NCBI RefSeq assembly: GCF_000981445.1
Contig: NC_027218.1
Coordinates: 2,046,001-2,110,000 of the forward strand
Reading direction: 5' to 3'
Length of the DNA: 64,000 nt
Source of the DNA: Babesia bigemina
Lineage: Eukaryota
Under the pieces are notes generated by a model, which did not search any database, had not been told where the DNA came from, and worked only from the letters and a program-made list of their open reading frames with translations. Both the position numbers and the translations under genes were made by a program. Below, piece by piece: positions 22,494-34,000 of this stretch. How positions within the stretch are numbered: position 1 is the stretch's first letter; each line of letters begins with the position of its first letter.

Positions 22494-22959
22494 ATGGCTC
22501 TCAAGTACGTTTCGAGCTACCTGCTCGCCGTCGCTAGCGGCAACGAAAGCCCGAGTGTCGCGGACCTCAAGAAGATTCTCGACGCCGTTGGGTCGGAGGT
22601 CGACGATGACTGCCTGGAAGGTCTCGTCGCGTCCATGAGCGGCAAGACCGTCCACGAGGTTAGTGATCGCCATGTTTTCTACGCCCTGTTGTGACAATGG
22701 CTGCATCGAGTGCTGTTGTGATTTTCGATGCGCCACTATAAGAGTGGTCGTTCATAACATCCTGTATACCAATGCTAATGCCACGCAGACGATCGCAGCC
22801 GGTATGGAGAAGCTCCAGAGCGTGCCCACTGGTGGTGTGGCTGCCGCACCTGCCGGCGGAGCTGCCCCCGCTGCAGGTGACGCGCCCGCTGAGTCCAAGA
22901 AGGCCGAGCCTGAGCCCGAAGAGGAGGAGGATGACATGGGTTTCTCACTATTCGACTGA
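22494..22959 (+). CDS. RPLP2: 60S acidic ribosomal protein P2; intron 22659-22788
   Basis: [33 protein letters not shown]...; C-terminal [13 protein letters not shown]; in-frame GT-AG splice. Confidence 0.95.
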
Positions 22960-23218
22960 GCTATATAGCCTATATGGAAATCGCTGCATACGGATGACTA
23001 CCCGCAGAGGAGTGTCGCCTACGATAACACGCGTTTTAAGCTGCATTCGATTTGGTGATATCGCGCTGGAGCGTTCCAGCGGCTTGTATTGGTGTGTGAG
23101 TGTGTATGTTCGTAGGTGCTGCTTGGAGCGCACATTAGCTTGCAGTACGTGAGTTTTAGTCGTTATTCAGAGCTCAATAGAGCAGAACTCAAAGAGCTGA
23201 ATAGCGTATGACGCGATA

Positions 23219-24537
23219 ATGGCGGCATCCGCGCAGCATTTGCGTGACTTTATCGCACGAGTTGGAGGTGAGATTCCGGCCGATTAGCACGTCTGGACAA
23301 ATCCTGTGGTCGTCTGGCGGCATTTAGACACTCTTATAAAACTGTTAATGCTTATCCAGGCGAGAGCCGCCTCGCGATAGTCGCTTCCGGCGGCACGTGT
23401 GTGCCGCTCGACCGCTGCGGGGTCAGGTTTATGGACAACTTCTCGACGGGGCGCAGAGGGTCATGCATCGCCGAGTAAGTCCCCTAACGATGAGTGTTGC
23501 TTCTATTGAAGCACGTGGTCATCTTATACAGAGAGTTGCTGCGGCACAATTACCATGTTGTCTTCGTCTACAGGGAGGGCACCTGCAGACCATTCCTAAG
23601 GGATGCTATCGGATGGGGCGACGATCTGGCCCTTATGGACGGATTGGGACTTTTGGATGATGGATCTATCAGACGTAGGTTCATATGTTGCGTAATTAAC
23701 GAACGCAGTCGTGCCGCCGGAATCACACCAGGAATCTGTACGCACAGCCCTAGCCAACTACCGCCAGGTATCACCGCACGTGGTTACCCATAGATCGTTC
23801 ACAGTACAAGGATAAGCTGGTGGTCCTTAAATTCCGCACTATGTGGGAGTATCGCAACGTTATAGAGTGGGTTATCGTGCATGCGTGCTTACGTAGTACA
23901 GGCAGCTGAGTCACGACACCAAGCACCTGGGGGCGAACGTTATTTGGTTCCTCACCGCGGCAGTCATGGACTTCGAGATTCCAGATGCACAAATGGTACG
24001 TCATATGTGCCAATTACAGTGCCACTGCTTTAACACCATCTTAGCAGTGGGTTATTGTCCTTCACTACAGATGACAGTCCATCTGACATTTCGCGAAACA
24101 CCGAAACATCATTGTACAGCCTCAGAACAAGGTGCCGTCAAATGCTCCCATGAACATTACCCTAATGCCCACTCCTAAAATCAGGTACCGTGGAGCCGTG
24201 TCGAAATCACAGTTACCAGGAATATTGTGCGCGGCATAATAGGGAAAGCGCCGACCATGTGCTGTTTTAAACTGGAGACGGATCCGAACGTGCTCATCCA
24301 GAGGGCCAAAGTGCTGCTCGATGAGCCTACCATGGCGGACGCCGTCGTTGCCAACATACTGGATCAACGATACGACCGAGTGGAGATAGTATTTCCCGAT
24401 AGTACGTCCAAAAAAATCGACGCTAAGGTATGGCATGGCGGGGTGATACTCACCGAATGTTGCAGAAAGAGAGCATTGAGAAGGAGATTGTAGACGCACT
24501 GATACAGGTGCACCATAGAAAGGCATCACGCTGTTAG
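23219..24537 (+). CDS. PPCS: Phosphopantothenoylcysteine synthetase (CoaB/PPCS), multi-exon
   Basis: Exon translations [63 protein letters not shown] are eukaryotic PPCS motifs; several short introns; exact exon map not fully resolved. Confidence 0.85.
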
Positions 24538-24689
24538 ACTCGAAAACGTGAAACATACCGTATTCTTGGGTTTAATTCGTATGTGTATTGTTGGTAGAGT
24601 GTGCCTCGGGGGGCTTGACTGGGCCCAATAATACAAACCAAAGGAAAAAGTGACATGGCAATAAAAGCGCCATCTGCGGCACTGCCGCT

Positions 24690-25839
24690 TCATAGCAGGC
24701 CCTCATTTCGAACGGGTTTTGTGCCTCCCAAACGGGACTCCGCAACGAGTTTGTCGACCTTGGACAGCTGGATCTGGAATGCTGGCACCTGAAGGTGGCC
24801 GCATGAGCACCGGCGGCCATACCAGCAATAGTATCCCAGCTTGGATGAACACCGCGTGTTTTTGCACATTATCTTACCGGTTTGGGAGTCCACGTCGTTC
24901 ATCCAGTCCATTGGCTCCACAAACACGCTGCTGCACGGTTCGCTGGCAGCATCGCGGGAATCTGCAACGCCCTCGTGTTGGATGACATTATACCCGTAGA
25001 ACAAGGTCTGCCGGCATTTTGCGCAGCTGTACACAGTTCCATTGTCAGCCTCGGAGTTTGGGTCGCGGCACTTTGCTTCGTATTCCTCCGGTTTATCTAG
25101 ATCGATGTGGCGGATCAGGTGGATATACTCGCTCCAGAACACGTCACGGTTGGGTACCTCGAAACCGTGCTTGTAGAATAAAAGTAGCTGGCACATAAAA
25201 CCTGCACTAGGAGATGCGATGGGGTGAACGCTCTTGAGCTGCTTGATCACACTGGTGAACGTTGTGTCCTGCTTCTTCATCAGGTAGGCGCACACCAACG
25301 AGCAACTCCGCGACATTCCCATCATGCTGCAATAGAGTTAAACGCAAAATCCACGACACTGACCAATGAACGAAGGTGGAGCCGTTGCAGAGGGTGCTCA
25401 CAGCCTCCACGAAATCGAACGCGAACGGGAAGGCCCTAAACAGTTTTTCGTTGGAAGCGTCCTCGGCGTTCACGACCATGTGGAGCACGTAAGTGCTCTG
25501 GTTTTCATCCGAATCGGGTTCAGACGCCTGATGAGCTCGGTAGTGCGGGATACGATCTACGTGTAAGTTGATATAGTCACTGTCGAAGCGGGGCGACTTG
25601 ATCAAATGCGAGTAGGCAGCGCTTTCGTGACCGTCGCACTGATAGAAGCAACCGGCAGACTCGCTGCACCATTCCGGCGCATCAAAACATGCTGATATCA
25701 CGCCTCGAAGATTATCGGGTGCGCTGCCGGACTCAAACCTGTTGGGGGGGCGGCGATCCGGCGGCAGTCGCACATCGTCGAAGAGACGATGTGCCGTGTA
25801 AAGGTCGCCAACGTAGAGGCCGTCAACCACCCGAGACAT
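24690..25839 (-). CDS. Dual-specificity phosphatase, YVH1/DUSP12-like; intron 25327-25363
   Basis: MSRVVDGLYVGD start; splicing builds the catalytic VHCMMGMSRS; C-terminal Zn domain YSCAKCRQTL...CSSVFVEPMDWM...CSSKLG...CSCG. Confidence 0.9.
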
Positions 25840-26331
25840 CGTTCTGCCTTTGTGCCAGAGACTCAAAAGGCAAGGGCCTAACATAAGATGTCACTGTTTT
25901 GCGCGATCCGCACAGCTCGCACACGATGGCAAGGAATCCACTACCGCGTCGGCTGTTAGAACTTGAGAATCGGTAGATCCTGTTCACGGTGTTTTGCCAA
26001 CACGACACTCAGACCCACAGAATGAATTTGACGAGTAGAAGGTCAATGAACCGTTACAACTTTCTTTGTTGGAGCACTACTGTGGTTGGCGCGCCTGGGT
26101 GAATGCGGCGTACGACACCCAACAACGGCGGCATTTACACGTAATACTCTACACAGCACTCATTTGAACACGTTTCTAAGCATATCTGTGGCGAGCTTCC
26201 AGCATCTCTGCCTGAGGCACGGGAAGGAGGCACGAATTAGAGCTATACACAGCACACACGGAGGGATCGGATAAGGGCGTTGCCCACTTTTTTCGCCCTA
26301 AGGGCTCTCAAGTGTTGGGAGGATCAGTATC

Positions 26332-27632
26332 ATGGATAAGTTTTCGCGGGAAGAAAGGGAAGAATACCAGCACTTTGTAAACGTTGTGTACGCGTTTCTG
26401 TCGTACAGGAACGATGGATCTATCGATGCGGAACGCATATATAGGTCTATGCAGATGCTATCTGCTGACGACAGGGAGCTGCTCATCGAGCAGCCCGGCG
26501 TTCGCGTGATGAAGATCATTCACGCACTCATCAAAAATCAGAGCTTCATCAACACCATGTTGAGCTGCTTGTCTGGATGCAATATAAACGACGAAGCTGA
26601 CGACTATGATCCCATGGCTCCAGACCAATCCCCCCAAAGTAGCGAGGGTGGCGATCCCGATAAGGAGCGTCTGATGGACAACCTAAGGAAGGTCGTCAGG
26701 AATGCGCCTTTCTGGCAGATGCCGAAGGAAGTCGCCGACTCAGAAATCGTGCCGACGCAAGACCAAGAAATTCTCTCAAGAAACGCACACTGGGTCAGAA
26801 CAACGCTGCGACAGTTCGTCCGCGACTGGTCGGAGGAGGGCGCCGAGGAGCGCGAGCAAGCGTTTGCGCCACTACTGGAAAGCCTGCAGCGGCATGTGCC
26901 GATCGACAACCCGGAAAAGCCACCGAGGTGAGTTCTAAAGCAGAGGAGTGTGGCTCCCATTAAAAACGACAATGACATTTTTACAGGGTACTGTGCCCTG
27001 GATGTGGGCTGGGACGGCTGCCGTACGAAGCTGTGCGGCTCGGGTACGACAGCCAGGGAAACGAATTCTCGTCGTTCATGCTAATTGGGGCGTATTTTGC
27101 AACCAACTATATGACCAAGAAGAACTGCTTCAAACTGTACCCTTACTGCCTCTCGACAAGCAACCGGGTCAAGCACGAGGACCAAATGTTCACCTGCCAC
27201 CTGCCGGACGTGGCGCCGGCAGAACACGATATGAAGCGTGACTTCAGCATGTGCACAGGAGAATTCACGGATGTATACGCCACTGTGGAGACGCCATTCG
27301 ATGCAGTCTTGACATGTTTCTTTCTCGACACGGCCAAAAACGCAATCGAGTACATACGCACATGCGCGAGGGCGCTGCGCCGTGGGGGACTGTGGGCCAA
27401 CATAGGCCCTTTGTTGTACCATTACGCCGACTTCAACCACAACTCGGTCGAGTTTTCATGGGAGGAGCTCAGGAAGATCATCTCGACATGGTTCGATTTC
27501 GTGCGCGAGGAGTGGCGAGACGCAAACTACACGTCTAACAAACGCAGCATGATGAAGACTAACTACAAGTGTATATACTTCGAGGCCATACGCAACGACG
27601 TGGAGGTCTATGGAGAATCAAAACGATTTTAA
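26332..27632 (+). CDS. N2227-family (carnosine N-methyltransferase-like) SAM-dependent methyltransferase; intron 26928-26986
   Basis: TLRQFVRDWSEEG, RVLCPGCGLGRL after splicing, QGNEFS, TCFFLDTAKN, GGLWANIGPLLYHY. Confidence 0.9.
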
Positions 27633-28033
27633 GGAAAAGAAGGCGAACAGCACGGAGCCTTTTGTATTTGTAGGTAATGTAGCAACCGTGGGAGCCGAGG
27701 AACGCGGAAGCGGCTCCATTCCGTACCACGGTTAGTAAATGGATTTTAAGGGTGAGACCAAACGGCTGATGTGCCGACGAAAGTGTTAGTGGTAGCGCCG
27801 CTCTCCGCAGTGTCCACAATCAAACTGCAAAGGCCGATGACGGCCAATTTATCACGTAATTATCATATTTGTTGTAACCGAGTTCGCACTTGCTATGTGT
27901 ATTCACTCAGGCGTCGCGTCACCGCCGGTATGCGGCGTCTAACGTCGGCACAGTGGCCTTCCACGTCAAAAACAACTGCGCCAAGAATGATAGACACGGC
28001 GATATTATCGCCTACGTGATCGCTCGGGGTGGT

Positions 28034-28867
28034 ATGTGTTCGCCTCGGAGGTGTTACTGTATCGCAAACGGCCGACGCGGTACACGCACATGTATAGCGA
28101 AGGCGCCGCTACTGCCCGGCAATCGCATTATCATCCTAGCCGCCATATTTATCGCATTAATACACGGTGTTGAGGCGCTTAGTAGGCGCATAGACCGGTC
28201 TACAGCGTCACCGTTGGCCGCAGGACCCAGATTCCACTGGCGTGCAACGGCGTTCGTGGATTCGTCGACACATCAGGCACCTCGGCACAGGACCGGTCCC
28301 GTATTCGCCCAGCGCTGGAAATACACGAGAGTCACACTCCTCAAAGACACGCCGCATGTGGGCAAAGCAGGCGAAGTTGCCATCGTCAATCGCAATTACG
28401 CTTTCAATTACCTCGTGCCCTTCGGATTCGCCAGATACACAACACGCGCCGAACTGATAGGGATCGTGCTCGACACGGAATACAAGGAAGCGCTAGCGAA
28501 TGTCAGGAAGTCCAGCGCGGTGCACATGAAAGCGAGGTTTGGAAATGACACAGTGCTGCCATTTGAAACTCCAGCGCAGTCAGATGGGTCTAACCTGCTC
28601 GTCTCACCGCTCCTTCCCATCGATATCATCGATAAGATGAGGGAAAAGAAACTGCTGCTGGCTGTAGACATGCTAAGAGAGCAAGATATTAAAATCCTGA
28701 CTGATACGGGGACCATCACCGAATTCGGCGTGTACAAGGTCCAATTGAACGTGGACCCAGAAATAGATATCCAAATCACTGCTGACGTTAAGGAGAAGCC
28801 GTTAGACACATCTTTTCTGAAAGACGTGGTGCCGTCGGAATCCAGCCAGGAGCCTCCGTCAGACTGA
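28034..28867 (+). CDS. rpl9: Bacterial-type 50S ribosomal protein L9, probably apicoplast-targeted
   Basis: VTLLKDTPHVGKAGEVAIVNRNYAFNYLVPFGFA is the L9 N-domain, preceded by a hydrophobic signal-like stretch (IIILAAIFIALIHGVEA) and a basic transit-like peptide. Start uncertain. Confidence 0.8.
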   Translation: MCSPRRCYCIANGRRGTRTCIAKAPLLPGNRIIILAAIFIALIHGVEALSRRIDRSTASPLAAGPRFHWRATAFVDSSTHQAPRHRTGPVFAQRWKYTRVTLLKDTPHVGKAGEVAIVNRNYAFNYLVPFGFARYTTRAELIGIVLDTEYKEALANVRKSSAVHMKARFGNDTVLPFETPAQSDGSNLLVSPLLPIDIIDKMREKKLLLAVDMLREQDIKILTDTGTITEFGVYKVQLNVDPEIDIQITADVKEKPLDTSFLKDVVPSESSQEPPSD

Positions 28868-28908
28868 GGAATCGCTTTGGGACGACTAATTGATTTGTCG
28901 AAGGATTA

Positions 28909-29948
28909 ATGCTTATAGAGCACAACATGCCCAATATCTGCATAAAGATGCAGTCGCTTGTATGCAGGTATGGTGGATGCTGCACCATATGGGAAAGTTG
29001 GTGGCAACAGGCAACGCTGTCATCATTCCATACATATCGGAAGGCTTCACACGAACGTGGTATTTGGAGAGTCGCGCCTAATACCGTGCACTGCCACGAA
29101 ACTAACAATTATGGCCATTGTGGTAGCTTTGATAAAAGGTTTTCGCACCACTCAGCCCAGCGGGGGAAGTACTATACCAACCGGTTTTACATGAAAAAGT
29201 GTAAAGCATGCGCCTTGTGGAACAACTTGTCAGTGATGCAGTGCGTCCACTGCCTCACGGCTCTGGGGGACGAGGACATCAGGCTGCGCGTAGTTGACCC
29301 CCTGTGTCGGACCGCCAACTCAAGAAGAGGGGAAACTGAGAATGGGACCGTCGAATACGTCATGTTACACCGGTGCTTTGACTTCACGATCATGGTGCAC
29401 CCACAGCCCTCGGCGGCGATACACCTCTCAGCTGTGCCCAACGGAACCTTCTACGACATCAAGAACTTCAGGAAGACCCACGTCCCCATGATCACCAAAA
29501 TGAAGTCCCGCTGCGACGCTATTATACACGACGTTATAACCGGCCACGCTGGGCCTGATTACCTAAAGAATAGCGTGTCAGTTAACCATCTACGAGGGAT
29601 CATCCAGGCCCCCCAACGTGGATCGAAGAGGCGAAAAGTCAGTGATATAGTCTCGGAAGCCATATACGGGTTCAATTACCCCAACAACTTCTCCCACGTC
29701 GGAATGCACGCCATTGTGCCCCCAATAAAGTGCTTCAACCTGTTCAAGAGCCCATTTTTCTACCCACTGTCAAAGGTGCTATCGGACCTCGAGCACCTAT
29801 CCCAAGTGAAGGCATACACGGCGGACGAGGCGAAGCAGCTGTAGGTCACGCGATCCACTAGCTCATTACGTTCAGGTATGAAAAAGACATCATCATGGAA
29901 GAGATTGTGGACATAGACGCTACCTTCAGGGCACAATACGGTTTCTGA
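28909..29948 (+). CDS. Zinc-ribbon plus HIT/DcpS-C-like protein
   Basis: CKAC..WN..CVHC, HPQPSAAIHLSAVP, GFNYPNNFSHVGMHAIVPP; short terminal intron after KQL gives YEKDIIMEEIVDIDATFRAQYGF*. Start uncertain. Confidence 0.6.
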
Positions 29949-30211
29949 AGCCAAGGTGGTTGGCACTACTTAACAGCTGGCTTACAAACACGCACACCAG
30001 GCACCATGCTCTGCGTAAATGCAATTGTGATGCGTTGGAAATATGGCTCAATGGTACCTCTGCGTACCAGAATAGCAAATGTGGAGTGCTGTTCTAGTAC
30101 GCACTAGTGCTCACATCACACCGCTGCGTTGTTGCAGTCAACTAGAGCATCATACAGTTACACTCGTAGCTTGCGTTAATATATTACAGTCACTGCTAGT
30201 CAAACAACCCA

Positions 30212-31706
30212 TCACGAATAGGATCGACGGTCACGCGACCTGTATCGCCTGCCACTGCCACGTCGCCTCCTAGTTCTGTAGCTGCTCGAACTCGAAGAGC
30301 TCCTGGAAGATCTAGAGGATGACCTGGATGAAGAACTATCGCTACTGCGTCTTCTGCGATGGCTCACGGAGCGGTCACGGCTACGACGGGATTCATACCG
30401 CTTGCCACGACTCCTGCGAGAAACCGATGAGTCTACAGAGCGCGAAGCACGAGAGTCCAAGGAAAACTCTGAGGGACTGGGGGAATCACTAGACACGCTG
30501 GAGTATGGCCGACGACGGCCGTGGCGAGGTGCCCTGCGCACCGCGGAAGAAGACCTCGACGACGAGGACCCGCTGCGATTTGAATACGACACGGAGGAAC
30601 TGCGGGATGGAGACCTCCTTCGGTGCGTGCGACGGCGGTAACTCACCGACTCGGAACTGGATCTTGAAGAGCCCGACGAAGGTGACCTACGACGACGATG
30701 ACCACGATCGCGAATAGAGTCGTCGTGGCGGCGGGCGGGGTATTTGGCACGACGGTTTGCGCGTTTCCGAGTTTCGTACCACGACCTTCCAGCGCTCCTT
30801 TTGCTTTGCAGGCTTTGGCGATGTGATTCCCGATGTTCGCTTGGACCCGATTCGGCCTCACCGCCCACACCTACGGCAGACGATGGCTCGTTGGTATTCT
30901 GAACCGCGCCTTCCGCAGCGGAGTTGGAATCACGCTCTGTATGGTTGGATGCGGGGAGTGAGGAACCCATTTGCCTTAGCGTGTCTTCTACTTCGTTTGC
31001 GGCTCCCTGAATCGCCGCGATCTCACGCTTTTTCTCATCGATGAAGACCTGGGGGATGCCGTATTCGCTATCCTGGGCAGCCAAGAGCAGATCCCACAAT
31101 TCCTTCACGAAAATGCGGGCGTTCTTGGCCATGAAGCCCGTTAGGTTGATCTGAAGCTTCTTGGGGTCAAGGTACGGCTTCTCGTTGAGGCACCTGCCAC
31201 CATCGCCTGTTGCATCATGTAAGCGATATTTAAGTAATGTAGACATTTGATATATTGTACGAATATGCAATTGCGGGTATATGATATCACGTATAGAGCC
31301 AGATAAGGTCGAAACGAATGGTTACAATAGGTGCCATAGACAAGTGCACAGCAAATCATGCAAAATCGCGAGGAAACTCACCGGCATTCTCCGCATTGGC
31401 CTTCGCATCCGTCTCTCCGAAAAACTTCAGCTGGCTCAGGCAGTAGTCAACGACAATCTCGTCCTCGACGCCCATCAGCTCGGTAACTCGGCGAGTTATC
31501 CACGGTTTGAACGCGTCTATTTGAACCTTGGTGATGTCGACGGATTTTGAAAAACAGGCGGGCCACTTTTTAGACTCCAGAAGCTCGCGCTCCTTGCCAG
31601 CGAGAAAAGGGGTCTTCAAGTCGCCGCTGTCGCGGCTGAAGCGCGAGCCCCGCAACATCGGCGGTGACGAAATGCGTTCGTACTTTTGACTCGTACGTAT
31701 AGACAA
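30212..31706 (-). CDS. PWI-domain RS-rich splicing factor (SRRM1/SRm160-like), spliced
   Basis: FKPWITRRVTELMGVEDEIVVDYC plus DPKKLQINLTGFMAKNARIFVKELWDLLL (PWI domain split by an intron), long RS/S-rich tail. Start uncertain. Confidence 0.85.
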
Positions 31707-32078
31707 GCATGTGTGCAGTAGTACACACCCTTATGCGAACATTTATGGCCTATTACGAGACCAGACACGGTTTTTGCCCTTAAACTGGTGACGCGGTATC
31801 GCGGCCCCATTGTTTACAGCCACGGTGTTCAGCGTGGCCCGCACGGTACCCTGTGTGAGGGATAGTTCATTTTTTATGACATTTCAGTGGAAAAGGTGGT
31901 CAGATGACCACTTAAACCACTGTAGGAAAGGCGAGGGTTCAAGCTCTAGGCGACCCCGGGGAGGGCCGCAGCACACATCACAGCGAAAACACGCTATTTT
32001 ATGGGCGTCTGCGTAGCACACACACGGTCGCAGACACACACACGGCATGAGGCGGCTCGTTAATCTACCAGATGGAGT

Positions 32079-33087
32079 ATGATGGACTTGAACGAATACT
32101 CCCATAAAAACCTGAACCACAACCAAGCTAAATTCATATGTAAGTCGACAACCAGGAATCATAAACCGTGGCGCAGACGAAAACGAAAAGAACTATTACT
32201 ACGTCGTGAAGAGCTTCTCCGACAGAAATGTGCGCGCAGCACTCGAGCACAACGTTTGGGCGACTACACCTAAAAACGAGGGTACATTTGACGAGGCGTT
32301 CAAGAAGTGCGAGAATGTCGTGCTCTTCTTTTCCATCAATGGGAGCTCACGTTTCATCGGCTACGCCCTGATGCGATCGAGGCCAGGGAACTGCAGTGTA
32401 CAGAATAACGTTTTCTGCCTACCCAACGGAAGGCAGTTCAACGGCAAGCAATTCGATCTCCTTTGGATTAGGGTGGTGGAATTGCCATTCTCGGACTGTG
32501 TTCATCTTAAGAACAGCTTCGACGACGGCAGGCCGGTGAAGGTCGCGCGCGACGGACAAAGGATTGATCAATCTACTGGAAAGGAACTGTGTATACTCTT
32601 CGAGAACAGGTTCTTGCAGAAACCCATACCGTGGCAACCGGAAATGTACGGAAGCCAATATGGTGCGTACGTGATCAACCCTCAAGGATATCAATGCGTG
32701 GGAGTAGCCCCAGGTGCACAGACCATACCCCCGTTGTCTGGATTTCCGGTTATACCAATATCTCACGCCCCAGTTGATTTGCAGCACATTGGCGTTGTGG
32801 CGCCTTACTACCAGGTGCCCCCCGTGTCGTCACCTCGGAATCAAAAAAGGTCGCGAAGTGGCGCAACGCCTCAAAACGGGCAGGCTGAAAAGCCCACTGA
32901 CGTTGAAGGAGGGTACCGCATGACCGAGGATCACGCGTTAAAGGCGGCGGAGTATAACCCGGCACTGGCAATTTTCCCTGTTGATTTAACGAATTTGTCA
33001 TACGAGCACTACATCTCCCTATATAACGTCTCGCACCAGTACTGGATTGAACAACAGGAACCTGATGTTAAACCCGAAAGCGAGTGA
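32079..33087 (+). CDS. YTH-domain protein; intron 32140-32176
   Basis: YYVVKSFSDRNVRAALEHNVWATTPKNE...LFFSINGSSRFIGYALM...VKVARDGQRI; a 37-nt intron links in frame to ATG 32079. Confidence 0.9.
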
Positions 33088-33091
33088 AACA

Positions 33092-33505
33092 ATGAACGCT
33101 GGAGTTTTTAAACTGATTGGCGGGCTCGTAGCCCAAAACCAATGGCAGAGATACAGCAGATCAACACGCGCTTATAATGCCGAAATTGGCTCAAGATGTT
33201 GTAACAAAATATTTTTCAGCCGTGAAATTAATGGTGATGATTTGAACATAAGCCGAAGAAGGCTCCTCATGCGAGTGAAAAATACCGGCATGAAGGAACT
33301 CGACGCCCTGCTGGATGGGTACATGGCCACACGACAAAACATAGACGCAAAAGGCGTCGCCGACTTTCACGCGTTGTTGGACATGGAGACCCCCAGTTTG
33401 TATCAAATGTTTCTCGTCAAACAACAGTTACCTGAAAACCTCCAAGGAAACGTTGTTGCGGCAGAGATACTAACCTATGCTCAGGGGAAAAATCTAACGA
33501 GCTAA
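33092..33505 (+). CDS. SDHAF2: Succinate dehydrogenase assembly factor 2 (Sdh5/SdhE family)
   Basis: Transit-like N-terminus, then RRRLLMRVKNTGMKELDALL...FHALLDMETPSLYQM matching the Sdh5/SdhE pattern. Confidence 0.7.
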   Translation: MNAGVFKLIGGLVAQNQWQRYSRSTRAYNAEIGSRCCNKIFFSREINGDDLNISRRRLLMRVKNTGMKELDALLDGYMATRQNIDAKGVADFHALLDMETPSLYQMFLVKQQLPENLQGNVVAAEILTYAQGKNLTS

Positions 33506-34000
33506 AACCGTTGAAATGTCCGGTATATCACCTAATAACACACCGAACTAAAACTTTTTTATTGTGTTAATTTTGTGGCGGTGTGTGTTGCACAACCATG
33601 TTTGTATTGCGTGGTGCATTGAATGGTAGCGTGTAGCTTGGCTACTTAGTGCAAAAACCTTTATCTATAGCACTGACATGGCTAAACGGGACCTGTGAGA
33701 AGAAGGCGGTGCTATGTAACGTTAGTGAAGCGAGGTGTGGGAGAATGCTGGAGAGCATCCTCGTTCGGCATGTCCAAAATACCGAAATTGCAGCGACCAA
33801 TTAATACGGAAACTGCAACATCTACATCGTGTTTCCCGTGGCTACATTACTTTGTCGGTTACATGAAGTTAAGGTCGTGTGTGCGTCAGTTTCGTGGGTC
33901 TGTGAACCACCACCTTACCGTACATGCTGCCCCAACAAATATCGTTAGATGATCAGCGGATATCATCTCACGGTGACTAGTGACAACATACATGCTACAT

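Larger units (their letters stand above)
9066..33322. repeat. Tandem segmental duplication, copy 1 (period 30,678 bp)
   Basis: Every ORF from 9453 to 33087 recurs with identical translation at +30,678; last mismatch seen at 9065/39743; right boundary set by the window end. Confidence 0.95.

Noticed and set aside
1..33087. Two YTH genes as part of the 30.7-kb duplication
   Set aside because: The proteins are deeply diverged and their spacing is not 30,678; they are old paralogues.
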